DNA from: Magallana gigas
Lineage: Eukaryota
NCBI RefSeq assembly: GCF_963853765.1
Contig: NC_088854.1
Coordinates: 3,348,001-3,412,000, forward strand
Direction: 5' to 3'
Length of the DNA stretch: 64,000 bases
The notes under the pieces are model-generated. The model saw only the letters and a list, made by a program, of their open reading frames with translations. It was not told the DNA's origin and did no database searches. The translations under genes and the position numbers were made by a program. Of the stretch, positions 1-11,911 are shown in pieces (the first letter of the stretch is position 1; each line of letters opens with the position of its first letter).

Positions 1-1665
1 CCCGGTCTTAGAATTGCTGTCTTCGCTCATGGTGATTATTGTGATAAAAACTCGTCATATGTCACCAAACACATTGACTTTTCAACCGATTTGAAAGAAC
101 TGTGTAACTGGGTGAAAAATGTTGAATCCACGGGTGGCGGCGATAGCGATGAATGTTATGAATTGGTGTTGCATGGGGTTCAAAGTCTATCGTGGACGCC
201 GAGATCACAGAGAGCTCTGGTGATGATTGGAGATGCAAATCCGCATGGTGTAAATTACCCAGACAATAAATTGAGATTAGATTGGGAAGTGGAATTAGAC
301 AAATTGGCAGCAATGGTGAGTACTTTTATGCAATAATTAGAGTATACACGCTTTTGATGGTAAATTAATTTCGATCACTTATAATTCAAAGCAACATTAA
401 AAGCAAAGCAGTTTAAATTTTGGCTCATAAACACTTTTCATCTCATTCAGAGTGTCCGCGTGTACGGTGTACAGTGCGGAGGTTCGGGCGATGAGAGAAC
501 CAAAAACTTCTACCAAACACTGGCCAACAAGACGGCGGGCAGACGAGTGGAGTTGGAGCAGTTTTCCAACTTATTTGATTTTATCATGGCTATTTGCTAT
601 AGAGAGCAAGGAGCAGAGTTTCTAGACCTCTATGAACAGGAAGTCCGTGCCAGAGATGCTAGAATGGGTCTCCATAAGGACGTACACGCTCTGTTCGGGG
701 CTCTAAGAGAGGGAGAAGAAGAACCTTCAACTTCCTCGTCAACCGCAGAGAAGCCAAAGTCCAGAACACTTCCATTCAAGCCAGCTCTGAAAAAGAAACC
801 TTCGCTCACAAAGGCTCCTTCCATTACCAAACTGAAGAAAAACAGTTCCCTCATTCATAAAGTCAAGAAAACCATCGCCAAAAAGAAACCCAGCTCTGCA
901 GTCGATAGAAAGAAGGCGAAACTCTTGGCCATTTCTTGTCAAAAGGTACGTAGAAGTCTTTTTTCTTCTTCTTCTTCTTCTATTTCAGAATACACCCCAT
1001 TAGATTGAAAATGTTTCTCGACCCTTAAAAGAACACTTTGGCTAACCAGAGGTTTTCTATTTATCGATCCAGCCTGCTCTCTTTTTCGGGATTCCTTGGC
1101 TGGCAAAAATATTTGTTGTATGACCACGCAGCTCTTTACCATTTGTGGTAAATTGTATTTCATAATATTTCAGATGAACGCTCTTAGAAAACTGAAGAGA
1201 GAAAACGTTCCGGACACGAACTTTTCTTTAAACAAAATACAGTGGTCCCCATGGGAACTAGTTATCTCTCCCACCAAACCAGAAAACGACTCTTTGTGGT
1301 CTGAAAGATACAGAGGAAGAAAGGGTTTCCGCAAAACCAGCGTCTGCGGAGGAAAGACTTTTCCTGCAGCTGTGTACGAGTTCTCTGTGAGGAAACTTTC
1401 CGATCCTAAACGCTACGTGACATACTGTAAATTGTCGTCAGGATTCACCAAGACAAGGTGTTGGGAATCGAGACTTTTATCTCATTCTGACGTTCGATCC
1501 CAAGTCAACAAAATTGTTGCTTTAGGGTATTCCGTCTATGTACGACGATGTTTGTTGAATGATTCTAACAAAGACACTGTCAGGAAATCATTACTTCGAT
1601 ATGACTATGCTTGGAAGCGAGTTACAAATGTTAGGGATTCGCAAAGAGATATATCAGTAGCATAA
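1..1665 (+). CDS. VWA + Lys-rich linker + ET/HRT-type GIY-YIG-like protein, copy 1 (5'-truncated by window edge)
   Basis: Exons <1-315, 451-945, 1174-1665. GT-AG introns, both phase 0. Same protein as copy 2 over the visible part. Confidence 0.88.
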
Positions 1666-2010
1666 TTTCTGTCATGTTATTTATTCTATGTCGTTTCTTT
1701 AGTACTTGTGTTGCGTTTTTATATCAGAATATTGATTCTGAAGTTGTTGTTGTTTTTCAAATAAAACAAATATGAATGCACCTCTTACTTATGTCACTTT
1801 ACAAATTTCACGACATGCCACTGGTATATTTTAAGCTTCTTAAAGTAAAATAGTTCATGAAATATATCAAGTAAGGAATTGAATTGAAAATTGAATAGCA
1901 TTGCAATTGTGAAAATCAGAAGTGAAGTGCAAACCTTACGGCATTGACAAAAGGGTGGCATCGCAAGGGAATCTTCAAGATTCAAAGGGGAACTAATATA
2001 ACACGAAATG

Positions 2011-2029
2011 CCGGTCAACTGTTGACCGG
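2011..2029. other. Perfect 9-bp inverted repeat in the array spacer (also 6027, 10042, 14057)
   Basis: CCGGTCAAC-T-GTTGACCGG, a GC-rich palindrome in AT-rich DNA. Confidence 0.85.
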
Positions 2030-3826
2030 TAGAATTCTGACATTGACAGCCACGGCGTGCTATTAGTAGGGATTGTAAACATTTTGCAGTAATAAGACTG
2101 GGTAAGCTTGGCAAAGCTAAAAAAAAATGAAAATTTGGCGAAATATTAAAGGATCAATATCTCACAAAAATCAAAGTTTTGCAAATTGTTCACATCTTGT
2201 CAGTAATTTTCCACAAAGATTGGTTTTAGATTCTTTAAAGAGAAAAACACAGATGTGTTTCTGCTGAATGTAAGTATGCAGAAATGATTCTAGTCACAGT
2301 ATTTAAAGAAAACTGTACTCGTTATAGTAACTTGCTTAAATATCTGTCCCGTGTTACCTTAAAGTGTTGTTTTGAAACACACACGTAAATTTTGAATTGC
2401 GTCGAGGAAATATTAATTTCATTATTATTAGGCAAAATTCACTTGAACTACCAATCAATTGAAACTGCGTGACTATACTGAGATTACAGTTCTTTGAAAT
2501 GCAAACAAGGATCGCTCCATGTTTTTTTTTAATTCAAACTTTCATGTCCAAATTATTCACATTTTCTCATATACTTAGTTTACAGTGCATACACATCACA
2601 TATTCACTTCATTTAAGATATAAGTATGAACACAGTCACATACCGAAGATAAAAATGCACATGTACAGACAAGTGTATACAGCGACAAACAGACATATAT
2701 GCACAAACAATCTCGAATACTTTATTTATCAACCATGGAAGTTTGCGTATTTTTAGTTAAGAGGTGGGTGGGGGAGAGGGGGACACTATCTATCAAAAGT
2801 CATACATATGCAAAAGGATACATAATAGTATACTCATATTTTCTTTTGCTATAATTTGATTACAATATCCTTGCAGCTATTATAAACAGTTTATAACAAA
2901 TCACAAATAGTTTGCCAATACTTTTCATACTCAGCAAATTTACAATTCCTAAGTACAGTAGTTTCTCAAGATGTATTCTATCAGTGACAGTTCGTTTTAA
3001 CATGAGCGTCGAGAGGTTTGGGACATTCTTAAACTTACTGGCAAAGATAAATTGTTTTACTGTAAGAATCGCTCCATGTTAATGTTCATGTTAATGGCAT
3101 GTTGAAAATAACTTGGTTCAAATCCTTTATTTTTCGATTGGTGACTCAAAATGAACTTAAAGTGCTTGTCATATGGCATATGTATTAAACGTATGTACGA
3201 TGCTCTCTATTCCGCTCTTTCTGTATAAGTAAAGAAAAACGTGGCACCAACCTTGTTCGCAACACAAACCATTATCTATAGCGTACTTGCATCTCTCCTG
3301 TATCTCGAAGGTTTGGTCGACTAACTTGAAATTTAAATAGTTACATTTTAGGTTTGCATTTTAACACCAAACGAAGTGTTCGACAAAAACACTACTTCTC
3401 AGTACCAAAACGTTATTCTGACAGCACTTATCGGTACAAAAAACCCCATTTAGACAAAATTACGCATAATACCAAAATATTATGAATTCACAAAAGGCTT
3501 AAAAAGTCAAATAAAATGGGCATTTTTCTTACAAGAACTGATTAATCTTAACAGGCCAATAAATGTTGGCGAACTATTTTTATTAGTTAATCAAGAATTC
3601 TTGCTATGTTTGCTGTGCTTTTGACTACATCACTGTAAAAAAAACTTAAAATAAGTTAACTGCACGTTAATTTTCCAAAATGTATTGAAAGGCTTTAAAA
3701 TGTGCATAGCAAAGATCGTCAGCAAAAATCTATGTTAAATGTATCGCCAGTCTATCTTATCCCAAAATCGCCAGTCTTCCCCATGCACGAGCTCGAGACA
3801 GGAATCGCGAGTCTTCACCCCGAATG

Positions 3827-3834
3827 TATATAAA
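3827..3834 (+). promoter_or_regulatory. TATA box of array gene copy 2
   Basis: TATATAAA 55 bp upstream of the ATG, with an Inr-like TCATAT (A at 3857) 30 bp downstream of the TATA start. Confidence 0.7.
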
Positions 3835-3881
3835 CTCGTGCGGATACAGAACATTCATATCCACAGAAATACCCTGATCAA

Positions 3882-5681
3882 ATGAACATGGCTGTTCCAC
3901 CAGGAGGACCAATGGAGATCTGCTTCTCTTTTGATACTACTGGGTCGATGTCCAGTTCTATAAACGCTGTAAAAGAAAATGTGCAAGAATTGATTCTACG
4001 ACTACAGACGGACATACCCGGTCTTAGAATTGCTGTCTTCGCTCATGGTGATTATTGTGATAAAAACTCGTCATATGTCACCAAACACATTGACTTTTCA
4101 ACCGATTTGAAAGAACTGTGTAACTGGGTGAAAAATGTTGAATCCACGGGTGGCGGCGATAGCGATGAATGTTATGAATTGGTGTTGCATGGGGTTCAAA
4201 GTCTATCGTGGACGCCGAGATCACAGAGAGCTCTGGTGATGATTGGAGATGCAAATCCGCATGGTGTAAATTACCCAGACAATAAATTGAGATTAGATTG
4301 GGAAGTGGAATTAGACAAATTGGCAGCAATGGTGAGTACTTTTATGCAATAATTAGAGTATACACGCTTTTGATGGTAAATTAATTTCGATCACTTATAA
4401 TTCAAAGCAACATTAAAAGCAAAGCAGTTTAAATTTTGGCTCATAAACACTTTTCATCTCATTCAGAGTGTCCGCGTGTACGGTGTACAGTGCGGAGGTT
4501 CGGGCGATGAGAGAACCAAAAACTTCTACCAAACACTGGCCAACAAGACGGCGGGCAGACGAGTGGAGTTGGAGCAGTTTTCCAACTTATTTGATTTTAT
4601 CATGGCTATTTGCTATAGAGAGCAAGGAGCAGAGTTTCTAGACCTCTATGAACAGGAAGTCCGTGCCAGAGATGCTAGAATGGGTCTCCATAAGGACGTA
4701 CACGCTCTGTTCGGGGCTCTAAGAGAGGGAGAAGAAGAACCTTCAACTTCCTCGTCAACCGCAGAGAAGCCAAAGTCCAGAACACTTCCATTCAAGCCAG
4801 CTCTGAAAAAGAAACCTTCGCTCACAAAGGCTCCTTCCATTACCAAACTGAAGAAAAACAGTTCCCTCATTCATAAAGTCAAGAAAACCATCGCCAAAAA
4901 GAAACCCAGCTCTGCAGTCGATAGAAAGAAGGCGAAACTCTTGGCCATTTCTTGTCAAAAGGTACGTAGAAGTCTTTTTTCTTCTTCTTCTTCTTCTATT
5001 TCAGAATACACCCCATTAGATTGAAAATGTTTCTCGACCCTTAAAAGAACACTTTGGCTAACCAGAGGTTTTCTATTTATCGATCCAGCCTGCTCTCTTT
5101 TTCGGGATTCCTTGGCTGGCAAAAATATTTGTTGTATGACCACGCAGCTCTTTACCATTTGTGGTAAATTGTATTTCATAATATTTCAGATGAACGCTCT
5201 TAGAAAACTGAAGAGAGAAAACGTTCCGGACACGAACTTTTCTTTAAACAAAATACAGTGGTCCCCATGGGAACTAGTTATCTCTCCCACCAAACCAGAA
5301 AACGACTCTTTGTGGTCTGAAAGATACAGAGGAAGAAAGGGTTTCCGCAAAACCAGCGTCTGCGGAGGAAAGACTTTTCCTGCAGCTGTGTACGAGTTCT
5401 CTGTGAGGAAACTTTCCGATCCTAAACGCTACGTGACATACTGTAAATTGTCGTCAGGATTCACCAAGACAAGGTGTTGGGAATCGAGACTTTTATCTCA
5501 TTCTGACGTTCGATCCCAAGTCAACAAAATTGTTGCTTTAGGGTATTCCGTCTATGTACGACGATGTTTGTTGAATGATTCTAACAAAGACACTGTCAGG
5601 AAATCATTACTTCGATATGACTATGCTTGGAAGCGAGTTACAAATGTTAGGGATTCGCAAAGAGATATATCAGTAGCATAA
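3882..5681 (+). CDS. VWA + Lys-rich linker + ET/HRT-type GIY-YIG-like protein, copy 2 (478 aa)
   Basis: Exons 3882-4331, 4467-4961, 5190-5681. Donors GTGAGT (4332) and GTACGT (4962); acceptors ttcag (4466) and tttcag (5189). Splicing joins LDKLAAM|SVRVYGVQ and AISCQK|MNALRK in frame. MIDAS-like DTTGS...TGGGD...IGDA motif in exon 1. C-terminal AAVYEF...SRLLSH...YDYAW. Confidence 0.9.
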
Positions 5682-5775
5682 TTTCTGTCATGTTATTTAT
5701 TCTATGTCGTTTCTTTAGTACTTGTGTTGCGTTTTTATATCAGAATATTGATTCTGAAGTTGTTGTTGTTTTTCA

Positions 5776-5781
5776 AATAAA
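5776..5781 (+). terminator. Polyadenylation signal of array gene (equivalents at 1760, 9791, 13806)
   Basis: AATAAA about 95 bp after the stop codon, present in all four copies. Confidence 0.65.
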
Positions 5782-7841
5782 ACAAATATGAATGCACCTC
5801 TTACTTATGTCACTTTACAAATTTCACGACATGCCACTGGTATATTTTAAGCTTCTTAAAGTAAAATAGTTCATGAAATATATCAAGTAAGGAATTGAAT
5901 TGAAAATTGAATAGCATTGCAATTGTGAAAATCAGAAGTGAAGTGCAAACCTTACGGCATTGACAAAAGGGTGGCATCGCAAGGGAATCTTCAAGATTCA
6001 AAGGGGAACTAATATAACACGAAATGCCGGTCAACTGTTGACCGGTAGAATTCTGACATTGACAGCCACGGCGTGCTATTAGTAGGGATTGTAAACATTT
6101 TGCAGTAATAAGACTGGGTAAGCTTGGCAAAGCTAAAAAAAATGAAAATTTGGCGAAATATTAAAGGATCAATATCTCACAAAAATCAAAGTTTTGCAAA
6201 TTGTTCACATCTTGTCAGTAATTTTCCACAAAGATTGGTTTTAGATTCTTTAAAGAGAAAAACACAGATGTGTTTCTGCTGAATGTAAGTATGCAGAAAT
6301 GATTCTAGTCACAGTATTTAAAGAAAACTGTACTCGTTATAGTAACTTGCTTAAATATCTGTCCCGTGTTACCTTAAAGTGTTGTTTTGAAACACACACG
6401 TAAATTTTGAATTGCGTCGAGGAAATATTAATTTCATTATTATTAGGCAAAATTCACTTGAACTACCAATCAATTGAAACTGCGTGACTATACTGAGATT
6501 ACAGTTCTTTGAAATGCAAACAAGGATCGCTCCATGTTTTTTTTTAATTCAAACTTTCATGTCCAAATTATTCACATTTTCTCATATACTTAGTTTACAG
6601 TGCATACACATCACATATTCACTTCATTTAAGATATAAGTATGAACACAGTCACATACCGAAGATAAAAATGCACATGTACAGACAAGTGTATACAGCGA
6701 CAAACAGACATATATGCACAAACAATCTCGAATACTTTATTTATCAACCATGGAAGTTTGCGTATTTTTAGTTAAGAGGTGGGTGGGGGAGAGGGGGACA
6801 CTATCTATCAAAAGTCATACATATGCAAAAGGATACATAATAGTATACTCATATTTTCTTTTGCTATAATTTGATTACAATATCCTTGCAGCTATTATAA
6901 ACAGTTTATAACAAATCACAAATAGTTTGCCAATACTTTTCATACTCAGCAAATTTACAATTCCTAAGTACAGTAGTTTCTCAAGATGTATTCTATCAGT
7001 GACAGTTCGTTTTAACATGAGCGTCGAGAGGTTTGGGACATTCTTAAACTTACTGGCAAAAATAAATTGTTTTACTGTAAGAATCGCTCCATGTTAATGT
7101 TCATGTTAATGGCATGTTGAAAATAACTTGGTTCAAATCCTTTATTTTTCGATTGGTGACTCAAAATGAACTTAAAGTGCTTGTCATATGGCATATGTAT
7201 TAAACGTATGTACGATGCTCTCTATTCCGCTCTTTCTGTATAAGTAAAGAAAAACGTGGCACCAACCTTGTTCGCAACACAAACCATTATCTATAGCGTA
7301 CTTGCATCTCTCCTGTATCTCGAAGGTTTGGTCGACTAACTTGAAATTTAAATAGTTACATTTTAGGTTTGCATTTTAACACCAAACGAAGTGTTCGACA
7401 AAAACACTACTTCTCAGTACCAAAACGTTATTCTGACAGCACTTATCGGTACAAAAAACCCCATTTAGACAAAATTACGCATAATACCAAAATATTATGA
7501 ATTCACAAAAGGCTTAAAAAGTCAAATAAAATGGGCATTTTTCTTACAAGAACTGATTAATCTTAACAGGCCAATAAATGTTGGCGAACTATTTTTATTA
7601 GTTAATCAAGAATTCTTGCTATGTTTGCTGTGCTTTTGACTACATCACTGTAAAAAAAACTTAAAATAAGTTAACTGCACGTTAATTTTCCAAAATGTAT
7701 TGAAAGGCTTTAAAATGTGCATAGCAAAGATCGTCAGCAAAAATCTATGTTAAATGTATCGCCAGTCTATCTTATCCCAAAATCGCCAGTCTTCCCCATG
7801 CACGAGCTCGAGACAGGAATCGCGAGTCTTCACCCCGAATG

Positions 7842-7849
7842 TATATAAA
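7842..7849 (+). promoter_or_regulatory. TATA box of array gene copy 3
   Basis: Same TATATAAA and spacing as copy 2. Confidence 0.7.
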
Positions 7850-7896
7850 CTCGTGCGGATACAGAACATTCATATCCACAGAAATACCCTGATCAA

Positions 7897-9696
7897 ATGA
7901 ACATGGCTGTTCCACCAGGAGGACCAATGGAGATCTGCTTCTCTTTTGATACTACTGGGTCGATGTCCAGTTCTATAAACGCTGTAAAAGAAAATGTGCA
8001 AGAATTGATTCTACGACTACAGACGGACATACCCGGTCTTAGAATTGCTGTCTTCGCTCATGGTGATTATTGTGATAAAAACTCGTCATATGTCACCAAA
8101 CACATTGACTTTTCAACCGATTTGAAAGAACTGTGTAACTGGGTGAAAAATGTTGAATCCACGGGTGGCGGCGATAGCGATGAATGTTATGAATTGGTGT
8201 TGCATGGGGTTCAAAGTCTATCGTGGACGCCGAGATCACAGAGAGCTCTGGTGATGATTGGAGATGCAAATCCGCATGGTGTAAATTACCCAGACAATAA
8301 ATTGAGATTAGATTGGGAAGTGGAATTAGACAAATTGGCAGCAATGGTGAGTACTTTTATGCAATAATTAGAGTATACACGCTTTTGATGGTAAATTAAT
8401 TTCGATCACTTATAATTCAAAGCAACATTAAAAGCAAAGCAGTTTAAATTTTGGCTCATAAACACTTTTCATCTCATTCAGAGTGTCCGCGTGTACGGTG
8501 TACAGTGCGGAGGTTCGGGCGATGAGAGAACCAAAAACTTCTACCAAACACTGGCCAACAAGACGGCGGGCAGACGAGTGGAGTTGGAGCAGTTTTCCAA
8601 CTTATTTGATTTTATCATGGCTATTTGCTATAGAGAGCAAGGAGCAGAGTTTCTAGACCTCTATGAACAGGAAGTCCGTGCCAGAGATGCTAGAATGGGT
8701 CTCCATAAGGACGTACACGCTCTGTTCGGGGCTCTAAGAGAGGGAGAAGAAGAACCTTCAACTTCCTCGTCAACCGCAGAGAAGCCAAAGTCCAGAACAC
8801 TTCCATTCAAGCCAGCTCTGAAAAAGAAACCTTCGCTCACAAAGGCTCCTTCCATTACCAAACTGAAGAAAAACAGTTCCCTCATTCATAAAGTCAAGAA
8901 AACCATCGCCAAAAAGAAACCCAGCTCTGCAGTCGATAGAAAGAAGGCGAAACTCTTGGCCATTTCTTGTCAAAAGGTACGTAGAAGTCTTTTTTCTTCT
9001 TCTTCTTCTTCTATTTCAGAATACACCCCATTAGATTGAAAATGTTTCTCGACCCTTAAAAGAACACTTTGGCTAACCAGAGGTTTTCTATTTATCGATC
9101 CAGCCTGCTCTCTTTTTCGGGATTCCTTGGCTGGCAAAAATATTTGTTGTATGACCACGCAGCTCTTTACCATTTGTGGTAAATTGTATTTCATAATATT
9201 TCAGATGAACGCTCTTAGAAAACTGAAGAGAGAAAACGTTCCGGACACGAACTTTTCTTTAAACAAAATACAGTGGTCCCCATGGGAACTAGTTATCTCT
9301 CCCACCAAACCAGAAAACGACTCTTTGTGGTCTGAAAGATACAGAGGAAGAAAGGGTTTCCGCAAAACCAGCGTCTGCGAAGGAAAGACTTTTCCGGCAG
9401 CTGTGTACGAGTTCTGTGTGAGGAAACTTTCCGATCCTAAACGCTACGTGACATACTGTAAATTGTCGTCAGGATTCACCAAGACAAGGTGTTGGGAATC
9501 GAGACTTTTATCTCATTCTGACGTTCGATCCCAAGTCAACAAAATTGTTGCTTTAGGGTATTCCGTCTATGTACGACGATGTTTGTTGAATGATTCTAAC
9601 AAAGACACTGTCAGGAAATCATTACTTCGATATGACTATGCTTGGAAGCGAGTTACAAATGTTAGGGATTCGCAAAGAGATATATCAGTAGCATAA
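7897..9696 (+). CDS. VWA + Lys-rich linker + ET/HRT-type GIY-YIG-like protein, copy 3 (478 aa; G374E, S386C relative to copy 2)
   Basis: Exons 7897-8346, 8482-8976, 9205-9696. Substitutions at 9380, 9396 (silent) and 9416. Confidence 0.9.
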
Positions 9697-11856
9697 TTTC
9701 TGTCATGTTATTTATTCTATGTCGTTTCTTTAGTACTTGTGTTGCGTTTTTATATCAGAATATTGATTCTGAAGTTGTTGTTGTTTTTCAAATAAAACAA
9801 ATATGAATGCACCTCTTACTTATGTCACTTTACAAATTTCACGACATGCCACTGGTATATTTTAAGCTTCTTAAAGTAAAATAGTTCATGAAATATATCA
9901 AGTAAGGAATTGAATTGAAAATTGAATAGCATTGCAATTGTGAAAATCAGAAGTGAAGTGCAAACCTTACGGCATTGACAAAAGGGTGGCATCGCAAGGG
10001 AATCTTCAAGATTCAAAGGGGAACTAATATAACACGAAATGCCGGTCAACTGTTGACCGGTAGAATTCTGACATTGACAGCCACGGCGTGCTATTAGTAG
10101 GGATTGTAAACATTTTGCAGTAATAAGACTGGGTAAGCTTGGCAAAGCTAAAAAAAATGAAAATTTGGCGAAATATTAAAGGATCAATATCTCACAAAAA
10201 TCAAAGTTTTGCAAATTGTTCACATCTTGTCAGTAATTTTCCACAAAGATTGGTTTTAGATTCTTTAAAGAGAAAAACACAGATGTGTTTCTGCTGAATG
10301 TAAGTATGCAGAAATGATTCTAGTCACAGTATTTAAAGAAAACTGTACTCGTTATAGTAACTTGCTTAAATATCTGTCCCGTGTTACCTTAAAGTGTTGT
10401 TTTGAAACACACACGTAAATTTTGAATTGCGTCGAGGAAATATTAATTTCATTATTATTAGGCAAAATTCACCTGAACTACCAATCAATTGAAACTGCGT
10501 GACTATACTGAGATTACAGTTCTTTGAAATGCAAACAAGGATCGCTCCATGTTTTTTTTTAATTCAAACTTTCATGTCCAAATTATTCACATTTTCTCAT
10601 ATACTTAGTTTACAGTGCATACACATCACATATTCACTTCATTTAAGATATAAGTATGAACACAGTCACATACCGAAGATAAAAATGCACATGTACAGAC
10701 AAGTGTATACAGCGACAAACAGACATATATGCACAAACAATCTCGAATACTTTATTTATCAACCATGGAAGTTTGCGTATTTTTAGTTAAGAGGTGGGTG
10801 GGGGAGAGGGGGACACTATCTATCAAAAGTCATACATATGCAAAAGGATACATAATAGTATACTCATATTTTCTTTTGCTATAATTTGATTACAATATCC
10901 TTGCAGCTATTATAAACAGTTTATAACAAATCACAAATAGTTTGCCAATACTTTTCATACTCAGCAAATTTACAATTCCTAAGTACAGTAGTTTCTCAAG
11001 ATGTATTCTATCAGTGACAGTTCGTTTTAACATGAGCGTCGAGAGGTTTGGGACATTCTTAAACTTACTGGCAAAAATAAATTGTTTTACTGTAAGAATC
11101 GCTCCATGTTAATGTTCATGTTAATGGCATGTTGAAAATAACTTGGTTCAAATCCTTTATTTTTCGATTGGTGACTCAAAATGAACTTAAAGTGCTTGTC
11201 ATATGGCATATGTATTAAACGTATGTACGATGCTCTCTATTCCGCTCTTTCTGTATAAGTAAAGAAAAACGTGGCACCAACCTTGTTCGCAACACAAACC
11301 ATTATCTATAGCGTACTTGCATCTCTCCTGTATCTCGAAGGTTTGGTCGACTAACTTGAAATTTAAATAGTTACATTTTAGGTTTGCATTTTAACACCAA
11401 ACGAAGTGTTCGACAAAAACACTACTTCTCAGTACCAAAACGTTATTCTGACAGCACTTATCGGTACAAAAAACCCCATTTAGACAAAATTACGCATAAT
11501 ACCAAAATATTATGAATTCACAAAAGGCTTAAAAAGTCAAATAAAATGGGCATTTTTCTTACAAGAACTGATTAATCTTAACAGGCCAATAAATGTTGGC
11601 GAACTATTTTTATTAGTTAATCAAGAATTCTTGCTATGTTTGCTGTGCTTTTGACTACATCACTGTAAAAAAAACTTAAAATAAGTTAACTGCACGTTAA
11701 TTTTCCAAAATGTATTGAAAGGCTTTAAAATGTGCATAGCAAAGATCGTCAGCAAAAATCTATGTTAAATGTATCGCCAGTCTATCTTATCCCAAAATCG
11801 CCAGTCTTCCCCATGCACGAGCTCGAGACAGGAATCGCGAGTCTTCACCCCGAATG

Positions 11857-11864
11857 TATATAAA
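11857..11864 (+). promoter_or_regulatory. TATA box of array gene copy 4
   Basis: Same TATATAAA and spacing as copy 2. Confidence 0.7.
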
Positions 11865-11911
11865 CTCGTGCGGATACAGAACATTCATATCCACAGAAAT
11901 ACCCTGATCAA

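Noticed and set aside
2511-3080. 13-bp direct repeat ATCGCTCCATGTT twice per unit (2511, 3068)
   Set aside because: A single 13-mer match within 4 kb is not far from chance expectation, and one copy is mutated in unit 4.
3115-3125. B-box-like GGTTCAAATCC in the array spacer (tRNA or Pol III gene?)
   Set aside because: No properly spaced A box or cloverleaf. No 5S, tRNA or snRNA gene is recognisable in the unit.
3882-5681. Reading the three plus-strand ORFs (156, 182, 189 aa) as a three-gene prokaryote-style operon
   Set aside because: Canonical GT-AG sites join them in frame, and the VWA fold continues across the first junction. A single TATA box and AATAAA bracket the set.
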